Part shown: one piece after another, positions 29,048-38,298 of the stretch | Layout: each line of letters opens with the position of its first letter | Numbering within the stretch: the stretch's first letter is position 1 | Assembly (NCBI GenBank): GCA_964413645.1 | Contig: CAYPSA010000002.1 | Coordinates: 86,508 to 150,507 of the forward strand | Source: an uncultured Gammaproteobacteria bacterium | GTDB taxonomy: Bacteria > Patescibacteriota > Microgenomatia > UBA1406 > HO2-37-13b | DNA: 64,000 bases | Reading direction: 5' to 3' | Translations under genes and position numbers: made by a program | Notes under the pieces: generated by a model | Told to the model about the DNA's origin: nothing | Database searches by the model: none | The model's input: only the letters and a program-made list of their open reading frames with translations

Positions 29048-30749
29048 ATAACTTTAAGAATACTTCTTTAGGAATTTCAACGGATCCAATATTCTTCATT
29101 AATTTCTTTCCGGCTTTTTGCTTCTTTAACAACTTATCTTTTCGACTTCTATCTCCTCCATATAGACCTGATGTAACGTCTTTTCTAAAAGGCGCAATTC
29201 TGTTCGAAGCAATAATTTTTCCTTTATATTGTGCTTGGATTTTTACTTCGTATTGCTGACGAGGAATAAGTTCCTTTAGTTTTGAAGTAAGCTCAGAACC
29301 CCTTTCATATGCTTTCTCTGCAACAATGTATTCAGAAAATTCGTCGACCGGTTCTAAATTCAACATAATTACCAGTTTATCTGCATCTACCCGTCGATAC
29401 TCTTTAAACTCCCATTGAAGAGACGCATATCCAGAAGTAATTGTTTTAAGTCGATCAAAAAAACTTCCCATAAGTTCGGCCATTGGAATTTCGTAGGAAA
29501 GATACACGTGAGATTTATTATCCATATGCAGGAATGTTGCTCGCGCTTCATCAGCTTGTCGCATAACTGCACCCACATATTCTTGCGGAGTAACAATATC
29601 AACCGACGCAATGGGCTCTTCAAATACTTTTTTTCCATGTTCCATTGCTTCATGATAATCAACCGTAGGCGAAGTAAGCACAATATTTGCATTGAATTCA
29701 CGTTCAAGTCGCTGTCTAACAACGTCCGCGTGAAGTAGACCCAGAAATCCTACTCGCAATCCCGACCCAAGGGCTTTGCTAAATATTGGTTCAAACGTTA
29801 ATGCTGAATCATTGAGCGTTAGTTTTTCCATTGCATCAATAAGGCTCACATACTCATCGGGATCCGTTGGGAACATCGATGAAAATACCATTGGCTGCAC
29901 TTTTCGATATCCTGGAAGCGCGTTAGAAGGGGAACTGGCAAGTGTTATAGTGTCTCCAACCTGTACTTGATGAATGTCTTTAAGATTGGTAACAATATAT
30001 CCAATTTCTCCGGCACCGAGCGTTTCTGTCGGAATCAATGCGGGCTTGAATATTCCCACCTCAGTTCCTTCGAATGTCAAATTAGTTGCATGTAAATGTA
30101 CTTTCATCCCTTTTTTTAAGCTTCCATCTACAATACGTACGAATGCTATAACTCCTCGATACTGATCGTAATATGAATCAAAAATCAGCGCCTTAACGCT
30201 CTCAGTTTGTGCAAGCGGAGCAGGGGGAACTTTCTTTATAACCTCTTGCAATAATTCACCTACACCTTGTCCGGTCTTTGCAGAAATTTCAAATATTTCA
30301 CTCTCATCGATTCCTAAAAATTGAGAAATTTCTACTTTTGTCCCAGCAACCCGTGCTGCTGGCATATCGATTTTATTCACCGCCGGAATAAGAACAATAT
30401 TTTGTTCTAGGGCTTTGTAGGTGTGTGCAATAGTTTGCGCCTGAATTCCTTGAGTTGCATCAACCAATAAAATTGCGCCCTCCACGCAAGCAAGTGTACG
30501 CTCCACTTCGTATGAAAAATCTACATGACCTGGTGTGTCGATAAGATTAAGAGCTACACCCTGGTATTCCATCTTCACTGGAGCAAGCTTAATCGTAATT
30601 CCGCGTTCGCGTGAAATTGGATTTGCGTCAAGCATCTGCGCCTCGTGTCGATCTTTATCAACCGTACCTGTGAGCTCCAAAAGTCTATCGGCAAGAGTAG
30701 ACTTACCATGATCAATATGGGCGATAATAGCAAAGTTTCTAATGTTCAT
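29037..30749 (-). CDS. lepA: translation elongation factor 4
   Basis: 570 aa with IRNFAIIAHIDHGKSTLADRLL, DTPGHVDF, NKID and the LepA C-terminal domain. Its 3' end overlaps the folD 3' end by 11 bp. Its start overlaps the stop of the upstream GT-C gene (ATGA). Confidence 0.95.
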   Translation of the reverse strand: MNIRNFAIIAHIDHGKSTLADRLLELTGTVDKDRHEAQMLDANPISRERGITIKLAPVKMEYQGVALNLIDTPGHVDFSYEVERTLACVEGAILLVDATQGIQAQTIAHTYKALEQNIVLIPAVNKIDMPAARVAGTKVEISQFLGIDESEIFEISAKTGQGVGELLQEVIKKVPPAPLAQTESVKALIFDSYYDQYRGVIAFVRIVDGSLKKGMKVHLHATNLTFEGTEVGIFKPALIPTETLGAGEIGYIVTNLKDIHQVQVGDTITLASSPSNALPGYRKVQPMVFSSMFPTDPDEYVSLIDAMEKLTLNDSALTFEPIFSKALGSGLRVGFLGLLHADVVRQRLEREFNANIVLTSPTVDYHEAMEHGKKVFEEPIASVDIVTPQEYVGAVMRQADEARATFLHMDNKSHVYLSYEIPMAELMGSFFDRLKTITSGYASLQWEFKEYRRVDADKLVIMLNLEPVDEFSEYIVAEKAYERGSELTSKLKELIPRQQYEVKIQAQYKGKIIASNRIAPFRKDVTSGLYGGDRSRKDKLLKKQKAGKKLMKNIGSVEIPKEVFLKLFKN

Positions 30750-32434
30750 GTTCGTTTATATATTCGTATAACTGGGTGATCAAAAACACTCCACGTTTCA
30801 TCATACTGTTCATCGGGGAATTCGATGAGTGTTTTTCCAAATAATTCAATCTTGGGATATGAAGTAAATCGTTTAATTTCAGAGTATTCTAATTCACCCG
30901 ATAGTAGTTTATCATAATATTCATTCGTAACGGGGAACAAACGCTTTAAGTCCTCACATCTTCTCTTGGAAAATCCCCAATTATTTTTCCCACTTTCCAT
31001 TGCGCACGTTACCGATCCAGCTACTCTGCGTGAGGGAATAACAATATAATCAGACTCTTGTATGGCTTGTACCAAAGTAGTTTGTAGCGTTTTATCATGG
31101 TCGACTTGATAGAAATCAAAGTTAATTATTTGGTGATTAGGAATTACTCGACTTGCATTCTCTGGTACGGGAATATTTATAACGTTACCTGCTTCTGAAA
31201 AAATCTGAGCTTGTTCTGGAATAGTATCAAATATCCAAATAGATGCCTGAAAACGGACATCGTGATTTTGATAAATCGATACATATGCAATTCCAGGGAG
31301 AGATATGAGAAATATTGAGACTCCAAGAAAAATTCTTTTTACTTTATAATTCCGAATATGTAATAAAATCCTAATTAAAAACAACACTCCAAAAATACTT
31401 GCAATAGCCAATGCTGGAGCCTCAAACCGTGTCCACTTAACAAATAAAAATGATGAAGGGATGAAATATAGTAAAAACGCTATTCGTAAAATTACCAATC
31501 GAATATCGCGCCATTTCAAAAATACAAATCCTCCAAAAAAAAGGGTAAAAGTTCCAATACCTAGGGCGACTGGAAAAATATTTACTAGCTGATAGATAAC
31601 TGGAATACTAAATAAAAATTGTCGTGTATAAAAAACTGCAATTGCACCAGATGCAATTTTTGATTCATAAGTAATAGTAGAAATAAAATCGAGAGTAGAT
31701 ATAAGCATATGTGGCGATGCGAGGAATGCAAACAAAACTGTGACAAAAGTCAAAATGGAAATTTGGTTAATGAAATTCAGTAGAAAAAGGTAGAGTTTCG
31801 CTTTTGTTTTATATAAAGTCCATGTAGCGACCAACAGTGGTAACGCCAAAAAGGTTGCGGATGAAATTTTTGTACCAATTGCTAAACCAGCTAGTATTCC
31901 AAGTGACAAAAGTGAGCGGCGAGTAATTTCTTTATTAACGCCAATCTTAAGTGAAAGATACAAAATACCCAAATAAAAACTAGTCAACATTGATTCAGTT
32001 GTTCCAAAATGTGCAAATTGAATAGCGTACGGTGAGAAAACAAACAGGAACATACAAACAATCAGAGATAATTTACCGAAATATTCCCAAAAAAAATCCT
32101 TTAATATTCGATAGATAATCCACAAACTCGCCCACGATGACAAAACAGAAATATATCGAAGCGCAATTGTTGCGGATTCGAATGAAATGTTTTCTTTGAA
32201 AGCTCCTTGCAATATAAAACTCAAAACTTGAACTAAAAAATATGCGATATATAACGGTAATTGGCCATAAGCAAAAAAATGAGGATTCAATTGTTCTGAC
32301 AATTTGAGAGATTGTACCGCTACGGCCATGTTGCGCTCATCGGGATGCATTGGATAGGGAAGACCCCACGTAATTCCAACCAATCTAGAATATAGTGCAG
32401 ATGCAACTAGTAACACAATGAGAAATCTCTTCAT
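30746..32434 (-). CDS. GT-C fold polytopic membrane glycosyltransferase (GT39/ArnT/PMT-like)
   Basis: Start taken at MKRFLIVLLVASALYSRLVGITWGLPYPMHPDERNMAV (the ORF-track start 32536 would overrun the divergent gene). Has a first-loop DE motif, ~12 predicted TM segments and a soluble C-terminal domain. Confidence 0.75.
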   Translation of the reverse strand: MKRFLIVLLVASALYSRLVGITWGLPYPMHPDERNMAVAVQSLKLSEQLNPHFFAYGQLPLYIAYFLVQVLSFILQGAFKENISFESATIALRYISVLSSWASLWIIYRILKDFFWEYFGKLSLIVCMFLFVFSPYAIQFAHFGTTESMLTSFYLGILYLSLKIGVNKEITRRSLLSLGILAGLAIGTKISSATFLALPLLVATWTLYKTKAKLYLFLLNFINQISILTFVTVLFAFLASPHMLISTLDFISTITYESKIASGAIAVFYTRQFLFSIPVIYQLVNIFPVALGIGTFTLFFGGFVFLKWRDIRLVILRIAFLLYFIPSSFLFVKWTRFEAPALAIASIFGVLFLIRILLHIRNYKVKRIFLGVSIFLISLPGIAYVSIYQNHDVRFQASIWIFDTIPEQAQIFSEAGNVINIPVPENASRVIPNHQIINFDFYQVDHDKTLQTTLVQAIQESDYIVIPSRRVAGSVTCAMESGKNNWGFSKRRCEDLKRLFPVTNEYYDKLLSGELEYSEIKRFTSYPKIELFGKTLIEFPDEQYDETWSVFDHPVIRIYKRT

Positions 32435-32471
32435 ATCCCAATTATACAAAGATCTGTCATATAATAGAGCA

Positions 32472-33731
32472 ATGCTTAAACATGCGCATTCTCTATCAAA
32501 AAATAAATTTGTGCGCGGAGGAATAATTGTTACCACTACTTCTTTTCTCGCAAACGTTTTAAATTATTTTTTTCAGAGTTTACTAGGACATACCCTTGGC
32601 AGTTCTGGATTCGGCGAAATCGCTGCGCTTTTTTCATACATTGCGCTCATTTCAGTTCCATTATCAGTAATCACAACAATTATTATTCAAAAGGTTAGCT
32701 CTTCAAAAGATAGTATCGCATATGCACATGAACTCGAAAGCTTCTTTGTCGATAAATTACGAAAGTGGTGGTTTTTACTCGTGATTCCATTTCTTGCAAT
32801 TCCATTTATTCCGCGACTTACTAATCTTTCTGTCGTCACCTCATATATGCTTGTTCCTTTTCTCATTATTTCACTTGTTTCAATCTTTCACACTTCTGCA
32901 CTACAAGGCTTGGCACTTTTTTTTGAATTTTCAATCGTAAACTTACTCGCAACAGTTTTTAAATTAATGGGGCCTCTGTTGGTTTTGTTTCACGTTGGAG
33001 GCTTACCTACGGTATTACTATTCATACTTCTATCGGCACTATTTTCACTTATTGCCCAAGTGAGCATATTTAGAAAATATGTTGCCAAACATGCCTTAGA
33101 ATCCAAAAACATGCACATTGAAAAACGGCTTATTTCTTTCCTTTCAAACAAACAATTTGCTATTACGTTATTTTCACTTTTGTCTATTGTTGCATTGAAT
33201 AACATCGACATCATTCTAGTAAAGAAATTTTTTTCGAGTACCGATGCAGGATTGTATGCCGCATGGTCACTATTTGGAAAAATAATCTTTTATCTTTTTA
33301 GTCCTGTTGCTTCTGTATCGTTCGTTTTTTTTGCGAAAAACCATGGAAAGCGTGCGCAGAACGCAATGCTTCTATTTTTCATGTGTATGCTCGTAATTAC
33401 AATCAGTGCATACCTAGGTTATCACTATTTAGGTAGAATATTTATTCCACTTTTCTTTGGGAACCAATTTATCGCAGTTATTCCACATCTTGGTCTTGCT
33501 AGTTTATTTGGATCTTTATACACCGTAATCTTTTTTATAAATAATTACTTTCTTGCAAAGGTAAGTAAGTTCGCGCTCATTTTGCCGTTAAGTATTCCGC
33601 TGTATGTTGCGGCTATTTATTTCTCACAACACACAATAGAATCAATATTTCTCATTGATGTATATTTTGTAACGGGACTTACAGTACTGTACAGTGGAGC
33701 ATATGCTCTAAAAATCAGACGCGAAGCTTGA
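32472..33731 (+). CDS. MOP-superfamily oligosaccharide flippase (Wzx/PST-like)
   Basis: Start at MLKHAHSLSKNKFVRGGIIVTTTSFLANVLNYFFQSLLGHTLG (TATAAT 32460-32465 lies 6 nt upstream). ~12 TM segments. The N-terminal pattern is typical of polysaccharide transporter family proteins. Confidence 0.7.
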   Translation: MLKHAHSLSKNKFVRGGIIVTTTSFLANVLNYFFQSLLGHTLGSSGFGEIAALFSYIALISVPLSVITTIIIQKVSSSKDSIAYAHELESFFVDKLRKWWFLLVIPFLAIPFIPRLTNLSVVTSYMLVPFLIISLVSIFHTSALQGLALFFEFSIVNLLATVFKLMGPLLVLFHVGGLPTVLLFILLSALFSLIAQVSIFRKYVAKHALESKNMHIEKRLISFLSNKQFAITLFSLLSIVALNNIDIILVKKFFSSTDAGLYAAWSLFGKIIFYLFSPVASVSFVFFAKNHGKRAQNAMLLFFMCMLVITISAYLGYHYLGRIFIPLFFGNQFIAVIPHLGLASLFGSLYTVIFFINNYFLAKVSKFALILPLSIPLYVAAIYFSQHTIESIFLIDVYFVTGLTVLYSGAYALKIRREA

Positions 33732-34125
33732 TGGTTTTTGTTGTTGAGGTACCATCTTGAAATGTAATTACCACTGTTAAAACCGCATTTTTGAGGTTCT
33801 TATGATACCTACATACTTTATTTGAACACGTTCCAAAAAGCAATTTTCTACTTAAACTATATTTGCCCTTAGTAGTGATAGTTCCTCCCGCTCCTTCTTG
33901 CTTGCCATTAGTAAGGTAACTAAGCTGATACTGAACATTTTTAGTTTTTTGTAAATTCGCTAAATACACTGTAACCGACTGTTTATTTGGAGCAACTGAT
34001 GAGCTCACAACTACATTTGCCTTTTTAGGAACTTTTTTTGCAGCATGCACATTCTCGTGTGAAGAAAGTGAGAATACAGCTAGTAATAGAACAGAAATAG
34101 TCACGAGCGATTTTTTGATAAGCAT
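33715..34125 (-). CDS. small secreted hypothetical protein
   Basis: 136 aa with signal peptide MLIKKSLVTISVLLLAVFSLSSHENVHA and a beta-rich, Lys/Thr-rich body. Its 3' end overlaps the flippase 3' end by 17 bp. Confidence 0.55.
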   Translation of the reverse strand: MLIKKSLVTISVLLLAVFSLSSHENVHAAKKVPKKANVVVSSSVAPNKQSVTVYLANLQKTKNVQYQLSYLTNGKQEGAGGTITTKGKYSLSRKLLFGTCSNKVCRYHKNLKNAVLTVVITFQDGTSTTKTIKLRV

Positions 34126-34317
34126 ACTTTACTGTATCAGTATTAATGAGTTTTGTAAAGTATTTTCTATGCGAGCGGGTGCGCCGACCTGCCTTGCCGT
34201 CAGGCAGGCCCCGCAAGCAGACTCAATTATTAAGAAGCTGTGTATCCCGCGGAACATATAGAGCCTATTAGCAACATGCACATAGATTTTTACACAATTT
34301 ATGTATAAAATACTCAC

Positions 34318-35085
34318 ATGGACTCCAAAAAAAATACTCATTTTTTAAGTCTTATTGTTCCGGTATATCGCCAGGAAAAAACAATCGTTGCTAACTTGAA
34401 AGAAATCTCACGAGTGCTTGAAGAAATTCGATATGATCATGAAATTATCGCAGTTATTGATGGACTTGTAGATGACGCGTACAAGAAAATTAAAACTGCG
34501 CATATTCCAAAAGTAAAAACAATTGCTTACAAAAAAAATCAAGGAAAAGCATGGGCGCTTCGACTTGGTCTAGCCAATGCAAAAGGGGATTACGCAATGT
34601 TTATCGATTCAGGACTTGAAATTGACCCGAATGGAATTTCAATGCTTTTAGAACACATGGAATGGTATAACGCCGATGTTATCGTTGGATCAAAACGTCA
34701 TCCGGCTTCGCAAGTGCACTATCCACTAAACCGCAGAATATTGAGTTATGGATATTACCTACTAGTAAAAAGCCTTTTTGGAGTAAAAGTACAAGATACT
34801 CAAGCGGGAATAAAAATTTTCAGAAAGCCAGTTTTAGAAAAAATTCTACCTCGTCTTCTTGAAAAAAAGTTTGCAGGAGACCTAGAAATGCTTATTGCTG
34901 CACGTAGTATGGGCTTTACACGCATTTTTGAGGCACCAATAAAAATGGATTATTCAATAAGCCCGCTTACATCTGCGGCAACTGTTAATTCGATCATAGG
35001 TATTTTTGTCGATACGTTGGCACTTTTTTATCGCGCTAATATTCTGCGCTATTACAGTCCAAAAAGGAGTAAAGTTGTAGTATGA
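34318..35085 (+). CDS. GT2 glycosyltransferase (polyprenol-phosphate sugar synthase-like)
   Basis: 255 aa with LSLIVPVYRQEKTI, AVIDGLVDD, AMFIDSGLE and QAGIKIF, typical of DPM1/GtrB-like GT2 enzymes. Confidence 0.85.
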   Translation: MDSKKNTHFLSLIVPVYRQEKTIVANLKEISRVLEEIRYDHEIIAVIDGLVDDAYKKIKTAHIPKVKTIAYKKNQGKAWALRLGLANAKGDYAMFIDSGLEIDPNGISMLLEHMEWYNADVIVGSKRHPASQVHYPLNRRILSYGYYLLVKSLFGVKVQDTQAGIKIFRKPVLEKILPRLLEKKFAGDLEMLIAARSMGFTRIFEAPIKMDYSISPLTSAATVNSIIGIFVDTLALFYRANILRYYSPKRSKVVV

Positions 35086-36116
35086 AACAGTCGTTTGTTT
35101 CCGTAATTATTCCGCTTTTAAAACTTTCTGATACGTTGATCGAGGAAAGTTTGCCCGCCTTTGACCAACAAACACTCAAGCATTTTGAAGTAATTATGCT
35201 TCCTAACGAATCCTCAAGTATCGACAAAGAACTACTAAGAAAGTACAAATTCCTCAGAATTATACCTACAAAGAATATTACCCGACCCGCATTAAAACGT
35301 GATATCGGTGCGGAGAATGCGAAAGGAGATATTTTAGCATTTATTGATGACGACGCATATCCACAAAACGGGTGGCTTAAAAACGCAGTGCATATTTTCA
35401 ACAAAAAGAATGTCGCGGCCGTTTGTGGTCCAGGAATTATTCCAAAAAACGCCCCTCTTTGGGAGAAAATATTTGATGAAGTTCTTAAAACTAAAATGGG
35501 GAGTGGGGGCTTTGCATACCGGTTTGTCAAACAACCAGCTAGGTACGTTGACGACTATCCTTCAATGAATTTTCTCATAAAGAAAAGTGTCTTCAATACT
35601 TTAGGAGGCTTTAATAACGACTTTTGGCCGGGTGAAGACAGCAAGTTATGTGAAGATATTGTATATAAATTAGGCGAGAAGATATATTATGATCCTACAG
35701 TCACTATTTATCATCATCGTCGTAACGACTTAAAAGGATATTTGCGTCAGCATGGAAACTATGGTTTTCACCGCGGAGCATTTTTTGCCCATGGCGACAA
35801 AAATTCTCGCCGAATTACATATCTGATCCCCACATTCTTTTTACTATATATATTTTTTCTTACATCCTTAGGGCTATTTATTCTTTTAAGAGGATCTGCA
35901 CTAACTCTATACATATATATTTGCACCTCTCCGGCCATTCTTTATGCTTTACTATTACTTTTACAGGTACGAAGTGCTTTCAAAAACACAAAGAGCTTGA
36001 AAATATCGATTCTATCAGCTATAGTCTTATTTTTAACACACGTAATTTACGGAGTTGAATTTGTTAAGGGGTTTTATACAGGTCTAACAAAAAATGAAAA
36101 AATCTATGGCAAGTGA
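35082..36116 (+). CDS. GT2 glycosyltransferase with C-terminal transmembrane domain
   Basis: 344 aa with VSVIIPLLK, DxD in FIDDDAYP, GEDSKLCEDI, and three to four C-terminal TM segments. ATGA overlap with the upstream gene. Confidence 0.85.
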   Translation: MKQSFVSVIIPLLKLSDTLIEESLPAFDQQTLKHFEVIMLPNESSSIDKELLRKYKFLRIIPTKNITRPALKRDIGAENAKGDILAFIDDDAYPQNGWLKNAVHIFNKKNVAAVCGPGIIPKNAPLWEKIFDEVLKTKMGSGGFAYRFVKQPARYVDDYPSMNFLIKKSVFNTLGGFNNDFWPGEDSKLCEDIVYKLGEKIYYDPTVTIYHHRRNDLKGYLRQHGNYGFHRGAFFAHGDKNSRRITYLIPTFFLLYIFFLTSLGLFILLRGSALTLYIYICTSPAILYALLLLLQVRSAFKNTKSLKISILSAIVLFLTHVIYGVEFVKGFYTGLTKNEKIYGK

Positions 36117-36351
36117 TGTGCAAAGCATAAAACGAGGCGATATTGAAATTAAAATTACTCGACCAACGTGTATTTCGGCCGCAACATGTGTTGTGTATGC
36201 ACCAAACACATTCGACTTAGATGAAGAGAATATTGCAATCATTAAAGAAGGCGAATGGGACAAAGTAGAGAAAATCATTGCCGCAGCACAATCATGTCCG
36301 GTTTTAGCAATTGAAATTTGGCAAAAGGGAACAAAAGTTTACCCAAAGTAA
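36094..36351 (+). CDS. small single-cluster ferredoxin
   Basis: 85 aa with the three-Cys pattern C-x5-C (CISAATC) ... CP (SCPVLAI), as in mono-cluster 3Fe-4S/4Fe-4S ferredoxins. The start may be 36106. Confidence 0.65.
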   Translation: MKKSMASDVQSIKRGDIEIKITRPTCISAATCVVYAPNTFDLDEENIAIIKEGEWDKVEKIIAAAQSCPVLAIEIWQKGTKVYPK

Positions 36352-36357
36352 AGAGCC

Positions 36358-36386
36358 TTGACATCTTCTAGTTGTCATGACATACT
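36358..36386 (+). promoter_or_regulatory. putative promoter of the radical SAM gene
   Basis: TTGACA (36358-36363), a 17-nt spacer, then CATACT (36381-36386). ATG 36395 follows 8 nt later. Confidence 0.45.
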
Positions 36387-36394
36387 AAATAAAT

Positions 36395-38122
36395 ATGCCT
36401 TCCAAAGCAATAAAGCAACCAGTTTTGACTAAAACCACCAATACTCGAGGTGTTACAATCAAAAAGCTCAAAGACATAGTTGCGGTTGTAGGGTATCCTC
36501 CAATCGAATCAAAAAAGGGAACTCCGCTTCTTTCTCAAAATCGACAATTTCAATACTTTAACGCACCTACTTATATTTATCCGATGGTTCCTGCTTATGC
36601 TGCTTCGAATTTAAAAAAACATGGATATAAAGTATTTTGGATGGATGGAATTTCTGAAAGAAAAAAATATGACGCATGGATGGATGAACTTGCCGCAACT
36701 GGAGCAGATTATTTACTCGTCGAAACAAAATCTCCAATCGTAAAAACACATTGGAAGCAAATAAATGATATCAAAAAAAAGCTTCCATTCTTAAAGCTCA
36801 TCTGGGTTGGTGATCACATTACTGCTTTTCCCATTGAAACAATGGAAAATAGTAATGTCGATTACCTAATCACCGGAGGCGACTACGATTTTGTAGTTGC
36901 CAATTTGTTAAATCATATTTATCTAGGAGAAAAGTTAGAACCAGGTGTCTATTGGCGACAAGGCGATAAAGACATTAAAGCTCGTGCAAAAGTTAAAACT
37001 CATTTGAAAAATGGGGGAGTGGCCTGCACATTAGGAGGCGCTGTTATACGACATGCGCTTGATGAATTACCATTTGTTGATCGCACCCTTACCAAGTGGG
37101 AACTGTATGCGTATGAAAATGGAAACTACAAATATACACCTGCAACATACATGTATTCTGGACGCGATTGCTGGTGGAATCGATGCACTTTCTGTGTATG
37201 GGATCACACACTAAATCCAATTGGATCATATCGAAGTTTTTCACCTGAACGCTTATTTGCAGAAGTAAAACATGTTGTTGATAAATATGGGGTAAAAGAA
37301 ATTTTTGATGATGCAGGCACATTATTTATTGGACCCCGACTTAAAAAGTTTTGCGAACTACTCATAAAAAGCGGCTACAACAAGAAAGTGAGATACGGAT
37401 GCAATATGCGTTTTAATGCGGTCAATCAAGAATACTACGATCTTATGGGTAAAGCAGGATTCCGATTTATTTTGTACGGAATGGAATCGGGAAACCAAAA
37501 AACACTCGATAGACTCGATAAAGGCACAAAGGAAGCCGACGCTATTGTCGGTCCTATGATGGCCCGAAAAGCTGGTTTAGATCCTCATATCACAATCATG
37601 TTGGGGTATCCATGGGAATCATATAAAGATGCAAAAAGAACCATTGAAATTGCAAAATATGCTTTTAAGAAAGGGTATTACGAAACAATGCAGGCTACTA
37701 TTGTTATTCCGTATCCGGCCACACCTTTATGGAAACAATGCAAAGAAAATGGATGGCTTCTTACGGAAGATTACGATAATTATGATATGCGTCAACCAGT
37801 TATGAAATTACCATTCCCTCATAAAAAAATTCTTGAACTCGAACAAGATCTATACTCAGCCTTTATGACACCGCAATACATTACCCGAAAAATTCTAAGT
37901 ATTCGAAGTCCTCACGATTTTATGTACTTGTTTTACATGGGTAAGAAACTTTTAGGACATTTACTTGACTTTGATCCAAATCAAACAAAAGTCAGCTATA
38001 TTTCTCCACGATTTTGGAAAAATGCAATCGGGAAACTTGGATCGCACTTTTTTGCACCAAAAACATCGGTTGATGCTGAAAAAAGTGCTATTCGCTTGGT
38101 AGATTCTGCTGTAAATATTTAA
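36395..38122 (+). CDS. B12-binding domain-containing radical SAM protein
   Basis: 575 aa. The N-terminus has a Rossmann-like B12-binding layout (LKKHGYKVFWMDG...ADYLLVETKS...). The Cys cluster is SGRDCWWNRCTFCVW (nt 37169-37195), followed by a radical SAM core (FILYGMESGNQKTLD). Confidence 0.8.
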   Translation: MPSKAIKQPVLTKTTNTRGVTIKKLKDIVAVVGYPPIESKKGTPLLSQNRQFQYFNAPTYIYPMVPAYAASNLKKHGYKVFWMDGISERKKYDAWMDELAATGADYLLVETKSPIVKTHWKQINDIKKKLPFLKLIWVGDHITAFPIETMENSNVDYLITGGDYDFVVANLLNHIYLGEKLEPGVYWRQGDKDIKARAKVKTHLKNGGVACTLGGAVIRHALDELPFVDRTLTKWELYAYENGNYKYTPATYMYSGRDCWWNRCTFCVWDHTLNPIGSYRSFSPERLFAEVKHVVDKYGVKEIFDDAGTLFIGPRLKKFCELLIKSGYNKKVRYGCNMRFNAVNQEYYDLMGKAGFRFILYGMESGNQKTLDRLDKGTKEADAIVGPMMARKAGLDPHITIMLGYPWESYKDAKRTIEIAKYAFKKGYYETMQATIVIPYPATPLWKQCKENGWLLTEDYDNYDMRQPVMKLPFPHKKILELEQDLYSAFMTPQYITRKILSIRSPHDFMYLFYMGKKLLGHLLDFDPNQTKVSYISPRFWKNAIGKLGSHFFAPKTSVDAEKSAIRLVDSAVNI

Positions 38123-38298
38123 GTGACACTCTAAGGCATATTTACTTTCGTATGAGTCTGGCGTAAGAAATACTGAACCGCCATCAGTGTCTCCATTATT
38201 TCCTTTTGCCGAAGTTGACGCACAGCACCTAACCTGAACTCGATACGGATCGGGACTTCTGGATACAGCTCCATCAATTCCTCGATAAGATCAGCGAG

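Noticed and set aside
35036-35530. 164-aa minus-strand ORF inside the GT2 genes
   Set aside because: It lies antisense to two GT2 genes with clear motifs and has no recognisable features.
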